The notes below the pieces were generated by a model. It was not told where the DNA came from. It saw only the letters and a list, made by a program, of their open reading frames with translations, and did no database searches. From Candidatus Krumholzibacteriia bacterium (GTDB lineage: Bacteria; Krumholzibacteriota; Krumholzibacteriia; JAJRXK01): DNA of 64,000 nt. Each line of letters starts with the position of its first letter. Within the stretch, counting starts at the first letter, position 1. The position numbers and the translations under genes were made by a program. The DNA is taken from NCBI GenBank assembly GCA_041484665.1, contig JBGPIA010000003.1:1-64000 (forward strand). The letters are read 5' to 3'. This document shows positions 48,287 to 57,046 of the stretch, one piece after another.

Positions 48287-50365
48287 TCAGCCCTCCGCCG
48301 TCTCTTTCTTGGCTTCCTCGATGATCTTGGTCGCGAGCTCCGCGGGGACCTCTTGGTAATGGTCGAAGGTGATCGTGTGCGTGGCCCGCCCCTGGGTCAT
48401 GGAGCGCAGCGTCGTGCTGTACTTCGAGAGCTCCGCGAGGGGCACCTGCGCCTTCACGATGGAGAACCGGCCGTCCGACTCGCTGCCCACGATGCGCCCC
48501 CGCCGTGACGAGAGGTCGCCCATGACGTCGCCCATCGCGGCCTCGGGGACCTTGACCTCGACCGTGTAGATTGGCTCCAGCAGGACGGCCTTGGCCTCCT
48601 CGAAGGCCGTCCGCAGCGCCAGCGCCGCGGCGGTCTTGAAGGCTGCCTCGCTGGAGTCGACGGCGTGGAACCCGCCGTCGTGGAGGGTCGCCCGGACGTC
48701 CACCACCTGGTTGCGGGCCAAGGGGCCCCGCTGCATCGACTCCCGCAGTCCCTTCTCGACCGCCGGGATGAACTTGTTGGGCACCACACCGCCCACGATT
48801 GCGTCGACGAACTCGAACCCTGCGCCGCGGGGCAGAGGCTCGAACTTGATGACGACATCGGCGAATTGTCCGCGCCCGCCGGTCTGTTTCTTGTGGCGCG
48901 CCGGCACGTCGACCACCGACTTGAGGGTCTCCAGATACGGGATGCGGGGATCGTGGCGGGTGACCTCGACGTGCGCCGTTTCCTTGAGCCGGTCCAGGAG
49001 CACGTCGAAATGCAACTCCCCCTGCCCCTCGAGCACCAGCTCGTGCGTCTGCGGGTCCAGCCTGGACTTGAAGGTGGGGTCCTCTTCGTGGATCTTGGTC
49101 AGCCCCTGGGCCACCTTGTCATCGTCCCCCTGGTGCACCGGACGGAGTGCCACGCGACTGTTGGGGCTGGGGTAGGGGATGGGCGGGAGCACGCCCGCTA
49201 CGCCCCTGTCGCCCAGCGTGTCGCCGGCGTGGGTGCCCTTGAGCTTGACCGCCGCGGCGAAGTCGCCGGCGCCGGCCCGCTCGATCCGCTCGCGGTTCTT
49301 GCCCTCGAGGCTGAAGAGCCCGGAGATGCGCTCGGTCGAGCCGCGCGACAGGTTGGTGAGCTCGGCTCCCGTGGCAATGCTGCCGGCGAAGACGCGCAGC
49401 AATGCCAGCTCCCCCGCGTCCTTCTCGCTGGCGATCTTGAACACCCGAGCCACCGTGGGCGCCGCGGCGCCCGCGGGGATGGCGACCGTGGCACCCTTGC
49501 TGTTCACGCCTTGCAGCGCGGTGCGCATTGCCGCCGCCGGCAGGTACTCCTTGACGCAGTGCAAGAGCGCCCCCATGCCGATGCCGCTCGCAGCGCTCAC
49601 GGCGCATACGGGGAAGAAGGTGCGGTCGCGAACACCGATGCCGATGCCGTGGATCAGCTCCTCGTAGGTGAGACTGCCTTCTTCCAGAAACTTCTCCACC
49701 AGCGCATCGTCGTGCTCGGCGGCGGCGTTGAAAAGCTCCTCGCGCGCCGCCTCGTAGGCCGAATTCATGTCGGCCGGAATCTCCGCCTGCACCGCGTGCC
49801 CGGGTTTGTCCAGGATCCAGGCGACCCCCTGCGCCACGTCGACGACACCGCGGAACCCCTCTCCGCGGCCGATGGGCAGCTGGACGGGGATGGCCTTGGG
49901 TGTGAGGCGCTCGCGCACCTGCGCCATCGCCGCGCCGAAGTCGGCGTGCTCCTTGTCCATCCGGGACACAACGATGAGGGCAGGCAGCTGCGCCTGGCCC
50001 AGCCGCTCCCACAGCGCCTCCGTTGCGACCTCAACGCCAGCGTCACCGCGCACGACGAGCAACCCACTCTCGACCACGCAGAGGGCGGCCGCGACCTCCC
50101 CCCTGAAGTCCTCGAACCCCGGGGTGTCGAGCAGGTTGAACTTGGTGCCCTCGTACTCGCAGGCGCCCAGCGCCAGGTAGATGCTGGTACGGCGATGGAT
50201 CTCGTTGGGATGAAAGGCGAGGTTGCTCGTGCCCTCGTCGACACTTCCCATGCGCTGGATCGCCCCGGTCTGGAAGAGCACCGCCTCCGCGAGCGTGGTC
50301 TTGCCGCAGGCCTGATGGCCCAGGATCGCGACGTTGCGGATACTCGCGGGGTCGTAGCTCTTCAC
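48287..50365 (-). CDS. Elongation factor G paralog (EF-G2 / FusA2-like)
   Basis: GHQACGKTT, DTPG, KKQTGGRGQF, DSS, LLEP, TQGR; G2 motif RRTSI instead of RGITI; outside the str operon. Confidence 0.92.
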   Translation of the reverse strand: MKSYDPASIRNVAILGHQACGKTTLAEAVLFQTGAIQRMGSVDEGTSNLAFHPNEIHRRTSIYLALGACEYEGTKFNLLDTPGFEDFRGEVAAALCVVESGLLVVRGDAGVEVATEALWERLGQAQLPALIVVSRMDKEHADFGAAMAQVRERLTPKAIPVQLPIGRGEGFRGVVDVAQGVAWILDKPGHAVQAEIPADMNSAYEAAREELFNAAAEHDDALVEKFLEEGSLTYEELIHGIGIGVRDRTFFPVCAVSAASGIGMGALLHCVKEYLPAAAMRTALQGVNSKGATVAIPAGAAAPTVARVFKIASEKDAGELALLRVFAGSIATGAELTNLSRGSTERISGLFSLEGKNRERIERAGAGDFAAAVKLKGTHAGDTLGDRGVAGVLPPIPYPSPNSRVALRPVHQGDDDKVAQGLTKIHEEDPTFKSRLDPQTHELVLEGQGELHFDVLLDRLKETAHVEVTRHDPRIPYLETLKSVVDVPARHKKQTGGRGQFADVVIKFEPLPRGAGFEFVDAIVGGVVPNKFIPAVEKGLRESMQRGPLARNQVVDVRATLHDGGFHAVDSSEAAFKTAAALALRTAFEEAKAVLLEPIYTVEVKVPEAAMGDVMGDLSSRRGRIVGSESDGRFSIVKAQVPLAELSKYSTTLRSMTQGRATHTITFDHYQEVPAELATKIIEEAKKETAEG

Positions 50366-50502
50366 GGACACGCTCCTTGCGGTTCGGCGGCTGCCGACGC
50401 GCCGCCCGGGTTGTCGAGGGCACCGGGAAAAATTGGCGGGCGGAGCCGCTGCGGGCGCCAACCCACCCGCGCGGGCGGGGGCGTACAGGCGCCAGACGGC
50501 CC

Positions 50503-50726
50503 AATCTATCACTGCGGCGAAAACAGTGTCAACGCAGCGCCCCGCACGCGGCCGGCCCCGAGCTCTGGCGGGGGGGCCGAGCTGCCGCAGGCACCCCCCA
50601 GGCTGCTCAGGCCGCCGCAGCCGGACCTACCGCCGGGCGCCCGGGCATCCTTATATTGTGCCGGCGGCGCGAGTCGGCAGCGCGCAGACTTTGGTTTTGA
50701 CAGCGCGGCGGGGGCCGGCCTAGAGT
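50503..50726. promoter_or_regulatory. Divergent sigma70-type promoters for EF-G2 (-) and beta-barrel gene (+)
   Basis: Minus TTGACA-18-TAGATT (50532-50503); plus TTGACA-18-TAGAGT (50697-50726). Confidence 0.55.
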
Positions 50727-50863
50727 TTTGCGTTCACCCCACCGGTGGGCCTCACCCACGGACTCGCCCCTGCGCCGGGATCGTTCCTGCGCGCGGGCCG
50801 CCAGCGATCACCATCTCCGGCACGGCCAGCGCCGCGCCGGCCAGCCGGCGAGAGGAAGACCCG

Positions 50864-51766
50864 ATGGTCTCGACCTTACGCTCGACCGTGCGAGCCGCCT
50901 GCGGGGCGACGCTCCCGCTCAGCCTGGCGCTCACCCTGGCGATCATCGGCTGCCTGCTGGGAGCCCCCCCGGCCCGGGCGCAGTACGCGCCGCCCGCGAA
51001 GGACGCTCCGGCGACGCCGCCGGCGAAGGACGCCGGGCCCTCGCCGGCGGCCAAATCTGCCGCTGCGGCCCCCCCGGCAGAGGGCAAGCCGATCTTCCAG
51101 GTGCAGCGCATCGAGCTCTCGCTCTTCGCAGGCCCATTCTTCGGGGCGACGTATCTGCAGCTCCCGGACATCTTCGATGTGCAGCGCACGCGCGACCTCG
51201 GAGCGAGCGACATCCTGGATTTCAGCGGTCGGCCGCTGCGCGCTGCCGACAGTTCGCCGATCCGGGCCCCGCACAAGAAACTGGAGAACGGCACGCTGTT
51301 CGGGGGCGCAGCCACGTTCTACTTGAGCGACCGCTTCGGGCTTGAACTGCGCGGCGTCTACGGAAAGACCCAGGCCACGGTCACCGGCCACACCGACCGC
51401 AATCCGACGGTCTACGAGTGGGACCGCAGCAACGTGTCGGTCTACCAGGGCGGGGCGAACATGGTCTACCAGGTGTCCCGCGGCAAACTCCGTCCCTACT
51501 TCAACCTGGGGTTTGGCGGCATCCTCAACAACTACCCCCGCACCCGGGACGTGGGGGCGCTCTACTTCCTGTGGGGCGGGGGGCTGCACTACCCGCTCTC
51601 GCCGCGGTTGTCCGCCCAGCTCTCGGTGGATGCCAGCCTGTACAGCTACAAGAACAATGAGATCATCTTCAACGAGACGATCACACTGCCCATGATCTCG
51701 GCGGGGCTGACCTGGCGCCACGACGTACCCCCGGCGCCTGCGGTCGTGGAACCCGGCAACCCCTGA
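50864..51766 (+). CDS. Outer-membrane beta-barrel protein (OmpA-like 8-strand type) with Pro/Ala linker
   Basis: Signal peptide ending ARA-Q; PAK repeats; RPYFNLGFG, WGGGLHY, SAGLTW strands. Confidence 0.8.
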   Translation: MVSTLRSTVRAACGATLPLSLALTLAIIGCLLGAPPARAQYAPPAKDAPATPPAKDAGPSPAAKSAAAAPPAEGKPIFQVQRIELSLFAGPFFGATYLQLPDIFDVQRTRDLGASDILDFSGRPLRAADSSPIRAPHKKLENGTLFGGAATFYLSDRFGLELRGVYGKTQATVTGHTDRNPTVYEWDRSNVSVYQGGANMVYQVSRGKLRPYFNLGFGGILNNYPRTRDVGALYFLWGGGLHYPLSPRLSAQLSVDASLYSYKNNEIIFNETITLPMISAGLTWRHDVPPAPAVVEPGNP

Positions 51767-51814
51767 CCGATCGCGGCCGGTCCGCCGCGCTACCCCTTCT
51801 GGCCCATCAACGAC

Positions 51815-51843
51815 GAGGCGCCCTCCTTCTGGGAGGGCGCCTC
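51815..51843. terminator. Hairpin between convergent genes
   Basis: GAGGCGCCCTCC-ttctg-GGAGGGCGCCTC. Confidence 0.6.
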
Positions 51844-51891
51844 TTAGTGCTGGCCCCGGGCCCGACGGTGACGGCGCCCGGGCGCAGGGCA

Positions 51892-52089
51892 CTACATCAT
51901 CTTCTTGGTCGCGGACCGTTTCGCGGTCCGCTTGCGACGGGCGCGCCTCTTGCCGCCCGCCTTCTTGCGGGCGCCGCCCTTCTTTCGGGCGCCACCCTTC
52001 TTCTTGGCCGCGCCCTTCTTCTTCCGACGCTTCTTGGCTCCCGCCTTCTTGCGGGCAGCCGCCAGCATTGTCAGCATTCCGTCTTCCAT
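51892..52089 (-). CDS. Small Lys/Arg-rich histone-H1/protamine-like protein (65 aa)
   Basis: 30 of 65 residues are K/R; GAGG RBS; own strong promoter and downstream hairpin. Confidence 0.75.
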   Translation of the reverse strand: MEDGMLTMLAAARKKAGAKKRRKKKGAAKKKGGARKKGGARKKAGGKRRARRKRTAKRSATKKMM

Positions 52090-52202
52090 CTTTCGTACGC
52101 CTCGCTTGTTGAGTGCAGCCTTGACTTGGGGCAAAGCCCCGCGAGTCGACGTTCGAACCACAACGAGTCTGCAACTCTCGTTCCGGTTCGTCTGTCTTGC
52201 GC

Positions 52203-52231
52203 ATTATTGAAATCGCCCCAAAGGGTGTCAA
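52203..52231 (-). promoter_or_regulatory. Strong sigma70-type promoter of the basic protein gene
   Basis: TTGACA-17-AATAAT with upstream TTTTTTGT UP-like tract. Confidence 0.7.
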
Positions 52232-52333
52232 ACAAAAAATGCACGCGCGAGGTGGCCGGCGGAGGGGGGCGGCGTCAGTCGGAGGGTCGCGGTCGCGCCG
52301 CATGCGGATGTCGCAGGAGGACGGGACCACGAA

Positions 52334-54184
52334 ATCGGGATAGGGGGCAGCGGGGATCGCCCGCTGCTCCCCTCCCACACCACCGGACATGCGGGTCCGC
52401 ATCCGGCGGTTCGAGGAGTTGAGGTCATCCGGCCAGCCGGGGGACTCCCAGTTGGTCGAAGAGCGAGTTCGGCAGCGCGATGTGTAGCCCCATCGCGGAG
52501 TTCTTCCACCAGCGGCGGGCGTTGGCGGCGACCCGCCGCGCTACGGCGTCGGGTGTGTCCCGCCGTCGCAGCTCGCGGTAGATGGTCCGCCCTCGCTTCC
52601 ACTGCTTCAGCTGAAGGCTCCGCAAACGGTGCCGGATCCACTGGTCCAGTTCCGCGAAGATCTTCGGGGTGTCGGCGAGCTGGAAGTACTCCTTCCAGCC
52701 CCGCAGGTACGCCCGTAGTTCCCCACAGACCTGTTCCAGGCTCCGCCCTCCGTTCCGGCACGTGATCTGCCGGACACGGCCCTTCATCGCCTCAAGGGCT
52801 GGCTTGGCGACCCGGCGCCGCACCACTCCCCCCGGCGCCACCCAGAAGGCGAAGCCGAGGAACTTGCGGTCGCACGCCCAGGCCACCGCGCTCTTGTCCC
52901 GATTGATCCGAAGCCGAAGCCCCGCGTACAGCCGCTCCAGCAGCCGCATCACTCGCTCCCCCGCCCGCTGTGACCGCACATACACGTTGCAGTCATCGGC
53001 GTACCGGCAGAACGTGTGTTCGCGCTTCTCCAGCTCCTTGTCCACCTCGTCCAAAAGCACGTTCGCCAAGAGCGGTGAAATCGGTCCGCCCTGCGGCGTC
53101 CCTTCCCACCGCTCCACCACCACCCCGTCGGCCAGCACTCCGGCCTCCAGGTAGCGGCGAATCAGTCGCAGCATCCTCCGATCCCCGATACGCTTGGCAA
53201 GCCTGCTCATCAACACATCGTGATTGACGCGATCGAAGAAGCGCTCCAGATCCACGTCTACCACCCAACGGCGTCCCTCCTGGATGTACTGCTGTGCCCG
53301 ACACACCGCGTCGTGTGCACGCCGTCCAGGCCGGAATCCGTAGCTGTGGTCAGAGAAGCTCGGGTCGAATCGAGGCTGCAGCACCTGCAGCAGGGCCTGC
53401 TGGATGAAACGGTCGAGCACCGTCGGGATCCCGAGTTCTCGGGTCCCGCCGCCGTCCTTGGGGATCGCGTGCCGTCTCACCGGCTGGGGCTGGTACGTCC
53501 CCACGAGCAGCTGCTCGCGGATCCGTGTCCAGTGCTCCCGCAGATGCTCGGCCAGCTCTCCCACCGTCATCCCGTCGATGCCGGGACTGCCCTTGTTCTG
53601 CTTCACTCGCCGGAGGGCTGCCTGCAGATTCTGGCGTTCCACCACCAGCTCCATCAGGCGCTCCTCCCCCAAGCGCCCGGTCCCGTTCACCGCCGCCTTG
53701 ACTTCCCCGCTCCCTTTCCCCGCAAGGGCTTCACCCCTGCCGAGAAAGGGGAACTCCAGTTGCCCGGACATCTGGGGCGCTGTCGCAGCGAGGTTCACGT
53801 CCGTCTCGCTCTCCTTCTCGTTTGGCCCTTCGCCCCGCGCTGCCCGCGGCGGCTACTATGGCCTCGGCTGACTTCTCGCTCCACCCGAAGGCGTCGCCCT
53901 TTCAGGCGCAAGGCGAGATCTCCCCAGGTAAGGACGCTGACCTTCACTGCACGACCGCCGCGTTTACGTCGCCTGAGCCTCGGTCACCAGAGCTTCGCGG
54001 TGTCATGCCCGCTCGCCCTGCCCGGCGCCGCCTCGTACGCGGTTCTTGTCCATCGGCCCGCAGTTTCGTTCCCCGCTTCCTTCACGCCGGCCTCACGGAC
54101 CGACGCTCTGCGGTTCCCTTCGGTCGCCGTGACCAGCTCCCGGAAGGACTTCCACCTTCAAGTCAGCGCCCATGCTGGGCGCAC
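52334..54184 (-). mobile_element. Group II intron, class IIC (1851 nt)
   Basis: 5' GTGCGCCCAGCATGG; short domain V GAACCGCCGGATGCGGACCCGCATGTCCGGTGGTGTGGGAGG; domain VI ending CTATCCCGAT; inserted just 3' of a hairpin. Confidence 0.93.
52425..53798 (-). CDS. ltrA: Group II intron reverse transcriptase/maturase, no endonuclease domain
   Basis: NKGSPGIDG, RELGIPTVLDR, SYGFRPGR, GTPQGGPISPLLAN, RYADD, FLGF, domain X RGWKEYF. Confidence 0.96.
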   Translation of the reverse strand: MNLAATAPQMSGQLEFPFLGRGEALAGKGSGEVKAAVNGTGRLGEERLMELVVERQNLQAALRRVKQNKGSPGIDGMTVGELAEHLREHWTRIREQLLVGTYQPQPVRRHAIPKDGGGTRELGIPTVLDRFIQQALLQVLQPRFDPSFSDHSYGFRPGRRAHDAVCRAQQYIQEGRRWVVDVDLERFFDRVNHDVLMSRLAKRIGDRRMLRLIRRYLEAGVLADGVVVERWEGTPQGGPISPLLANVLLDEVDKELEKREHTFCRYADDCNVYVRSQRAGERVMRLLERLYAGLRLRINRDKSAVAWACDRKFLGFAFWVAPGGVVRRRVAKPALEAMKGRVRQITCRNGGRSLEQVCGELRAYLRGWKEYFQLADTPKIFAELDQWIRHRLRSLQLKQWKRGRTIYRELRRRDTPDAVARRVAANARRWWKNSAMGLHIALPNSLFDQLGVPRLAG

Positions 54185-54189
54185 ATGAG

Positions 54190-54221
54190 CGAGGCCGCGC
54201 ATCGGATGTCGCGCGGCCTCG
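54190..54221 (-). terminator. Terminator hairpin after tRNA-Leu (intron target)
   Basis: CGAGGCCGCGC-10 nt-GCGCGGCCTCG; pre-insertion tail CTCAT|TTCGT. Confidence 0.75.
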
Positions 54222-54235
54222 GCGCTGCGGAGATG

Positions 54236-54320
54236 TGGTGCCCGGGGCGGGATTCGAACCCGCACAGCTTGCGCCACTGCCCCCTCAAGACAGCGTGTCT
54301 GCCAATTCCACCACCCGGGC
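54236..54320 (-). tRNA. tRNA-Leu(GAG)
   Basis: GCCCGGG acceptor, TGGAATTGG D-loop, anticodon loop TTGAGGG, long variable arm, GGTTCGAATCC, encoded CCA; follows secG. Confidence 0.97.
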
Positions 54321-54337
54321 ACGCGTTGGCGCGCGGC

Positions 54338-54784
54338 TCACTTTCCCTGGGGCTTCTGCTGGGTCGACGTTTCCGCACCTGCGGCCGGCGGTGCCGCGGG
54401 CGTCCCGGCCGGTGCCTGCACCGGTACCGCGGGAGCCGGCACCGCAGGCTGACCCTGCGCCGGCTCCGTCGTGGGCACCGCCGCGCCGCCCGTGACCGGC
54501 AGCTCTTCGAGTCCACGCCGGGCCTCCGCCTGGGGAGTGCGGTTGGCGCGGTTGGCCGTCATGACGACCAACAGGCCGCTGCAGAGCATGAAGCCCACCG
54601 CCAGGTAGATGGTGGCCTTATGCAGGAAGGTCGTGACCCCGTGGGTTCCGAACACGGCCTGCCCAGCCCCGCCGCCGAAGGCGCCCGCCAGCCCGTCGCC
54701 CTTGCTGGACTGCAGCAGGATCACGACGCAGAGCAGGAAACAGATCAGACCGTGGAGAGCAAACAGCAGGTAGTACATCGTCAT
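54338..54784 (-). CDS. secG: Preprotein translocase subunit SecG
   Basis: Two TMs, ILLQSSKGDGLAGAFGG, FL.KAT. Confidence 0.95.
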   Translation of the reverse strand: MTMYYLLFALHGLICFLLCVVILLQSSKGDGLAGAFGGGAGQAVFGTHGVTTFLHKATIYLAVGFMLCSGLLVVMTANRANRTPQAEARRGLEELPVTGGAAVPTTEPAQGQPAVPAPAVPVQAPAGTPAAPPAAGAETSTQQKPQGK

Positions 54785-54847
54785 TCGCCTGGAGATCGAG
54801 GCCCGGTCGGGCCCCGGGAAAAGCGGTCGCCGCAGAACCGAACGGTC

Positions 54848-54876
54848 AAGCTAGCACGGGCGTTTGCGGGTGTCAA
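54848..54876 (-). promoter_or_regulatory. putative secG-tRNA promoter
   Basis: TTGACA-17-TAGCTT with TGn extension. Confidence 0.6.
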
Positions 54877-54952
54877 ACCGCGGGACGGCGGTGCGGCGAG
54901 AGCCCGCAGCGCCGGGCGGCGTGGACCGTCGAGCGATCCGGGCGACGCGGCG

Positions 54953-55717
54953 TCAGTGCCCGTCCTGGTAGCACACGATCTGCACGAACCGCTGGGCGTC
55001 GAGGCTGGCGCCACCCACCAGCGCACCGTCGATCTCCGGCGAGGACATGTAGGCGCGGATGTTCTCGGAGTTCACGCTGCCCCCGTACAGGATGCGGGTG
55101 GTCTGGGAGACCTTGTCCCCGCCACGCTCCCTTAGCAGACCGCGCACCAGGCGGTGCACGCGCTCGGCGTCGACCACCTCGGCGTTGCGTCCCGACCCGA
55201 TGGCCCACACGGGCTCGTAGGCCATCACCAGCGCCGCGATCTGCGGCGGGTCGAGCACGTCCAGCACCCGTGACACCTGGGCGATCACGTGCGCCTCGGT
55301 GCGCCCCGCCTCGCGGATCTCCAACGTCTCGCCGAAGCAGAAGACCGGCGTGATCCCCACGCGGAAGGCGGCGCGGATCTTGGCGGCGACCAGCTCATCG
55401 GTCTCGCCGAAGTTCTGCCGGCGCTCGCTGTGACCCAGGACGCAGCAGCGTACGCCGAGCTCCTTGAGCTGCTCGGCGCTCACGCCCCCCGTCACCGCTC
55501 CCGGCTCGTGGGGCACCAGATCCTGGGCCCCGACGCCGATAACGCTGCCCTCCAGGGCCTCCTTGACCGGGACGATGTGGGGGAACGACGGGCAGACTGC
55601 CACCTCCGGCCCGGCGTAGATGCCCGCCACCTTGCGCTTGAGCTCCCGGGCGAGCGCCATCGCCCCGGAGTAGCTCAGGCTCATCTTCCAGTTGCCGATG
55701 ATGAATGGACGGCGCAT
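54953..55717 (-). CDS. tpiA: Triosephosphate isomerase
   Basis: GNWKM, GHSERR, AYEPVWAIG, YGGSV, LVGGASL. Confidence 0.98.
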   Translation of the reverse strand: MRRPFIIGNWKMSLSYSGAMALARELKRKVAGIYAGPEVAVCPSFPHIVPVKEALEGSVIGVGAQDLVPHEPGAVTGGVSAEQLKELGVRCCVLGHSERRQNFGETDELVAAKIRAAFRVGITPVFCFGETLEIREAGRTEAHVIAQVSRVLDVLDPPQIAALVMAYEPVWAIGSGRNAEVVDAERVHRLVRGLLRERGGDKVSQTTRILYGGSVNSENIRAYMSSPEIDGALVGGASLDAQRFVQIVCYQDGH

Positions 55718-55759
55718 CGCCACGACCTACCCCCGTGGATCCCGCCAGCAGAGGCGGCG

Positions 55760-56974
55760 TCAGACGCGCATGCTGCTGGCGTCGCTGAGGGCCTCCACGC
55801 CCGGCAGCGTCTTTCCCGCCAGGAATTCCAGCGAGGCCCCCCCACCGGTGGAGATATGGGTGATGCGGCTCGCGATATCCATCTCCGCCAGCGCCGCCAC
55901 GGAATCGCCACCGCCGACCACCGTGCGCGCTCCCGTCTCGGTCGCCTGCGCCATGGCGCGCGCGATCCCCCGCGTGCCCTTGGCGAACGCCGGGATCTCG
56001 AAGACCCCCATGGGCCCGTTCCAGAAGATGGTATTGGCCGACTCGATCACCTGGCTGTAGAGCTTGATCGTGCGCGAGCCGATGTCCAGACCCTGCCAGC
56101 TCTCGGGAATGTCGGTGACGAGGACCTCCTTGCGCTCCCCGTGCTCGCCGAACTCGCTGCTCACCACGCAGTCCTGGGGGAGCAGCAGCTGCGTCGTGGA
56201 CCGCTTGGCTTTCAGCGTGATTCCGCGCACGGTCTCCAGGAGATCGTTGTCCACGAGGCTGTTGCCCACCTCCAGCCCGTGGACCTTGAAGAAGGTGAAG
56301 GCCATCCCGCCACCCACGAGGATGGTGTCGACGCGGTCGAGGAGGTTCTCGATCACCTCGATCTTGCCGCTCACCTTGGCACCACCCAGCACCGCCACGA
56401 AGGGCCGGGTGGGATTCTCCAGCAGGGCGCCGAGATTCTCCAGCTCCTTGTCCATGAGCAGCCCAGAAACGCGCAGATCGAAGTAGCGCGTCACGCCCAC
56501 CGTCGAGGCATGGGCGCGGTGGGCGGTCCCGAAGGCGTCGTTGACGTACAGATCACCGAGCTCGGAGAGCTGCCGGGCGAACCCGTCGTCGTTCTTCTCC
56601 TCCTCAGAGTAGAAACGGAGATTCTCCAGCAGAGCGACCTGGCCGGGCTGCAGTGCGTGCACGACCTTGCCCGCCGGCTCGCCGATGCAGTCGTCGGCGA
56701 ACCGGATGGGGATGCTGGGGAGCAACTCGCTGAGCCGGTCGGCGACGGGGCGAAGGCTGAACTTCTCGCTGCGCTGCCCTTTGGGGCGGCCCAGGTGCGA
56801 CATCAGGACGGGCATGCCGCCGTGCGCGACGATGAACTGGATCGTCGAGATCGAGCCCCGCAAGCGCGTGTCGTCGGTGATCGCGCCGTTGGGGTCCATG
56901 GGCACGTTGAAATCGACACGCGTGAGCACACGGCGGCCGTGGAGGTCGACGTCCTGCACGGAGAGCTTCTTCAT
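55760..56974 (-). CDS. pgk: Phosphoglycerate kinase
   Basis: RVDFNVP, SHLGRP, LLENLRF, DAFGTAHR, WNGPMGVFE, STGGGASLE. Confidence 0.98.
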   Translation of the reverse strand: MKKLSVQDVDLHGRRVLTRVDFNVPMDPNGAITDDTRLRGSISTIQFIVAHGGMPVLMSHLGRPKGQRSEKFSLRPVADRLSELLPSIPIRFADDCIGEPAGKVVHALQPGQVALLENLRFYSEEEKNDDGFARQLSELGDLYVNDAFGTAHRAHASTVGVTRYFDLRVSGLLMDKELENLGALLENPTRPFVAVLGGAKVSGKIEVIENLLDRVDTILVGGGMAFTFFKVHGLEVGNSLVDNDLLETVRGITLKAKRSTTQLLLPQDCVVSSEFGEHGERKEVLVTDIPESWQGLDIGSRTIKLYSQVIESANTIFWNGPMGVFEIPAFAKGTRGIARAMAQATETGARTVVGGGDSVAALAEMDIASRITHISTGGGASLEFLAGKTLPGVEALSDASSMRV

Positions 56975-57046
56975 GGGCCAACCGACTCCCGGTTCGGGAA
57001 CGCAGCGGATGGCCGCGAGCACAGGGCCCGCGCGCTCAGCTGGGCT

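Noticed and set aside
48665..50863. Apparent 1033-aa fusion ORF ending in the beta-barrel
   Set aside because: The upstream part is antisense to EF-G2. The real start is ATG 50864, with RBS and signal peptide.
52425..53798. RT as retron, DGR or CRISPR-associated RT
   Set aside because: Flanked by canonical group IIC intron ends and domains V/VI; no template/variable repeats, msr-msd or cas genes seen
54236..54320. tRNA-Leu as a prophage or island attachment site
   Set aside because: No integrase and no duplicated tRNA 3' end seen in the window
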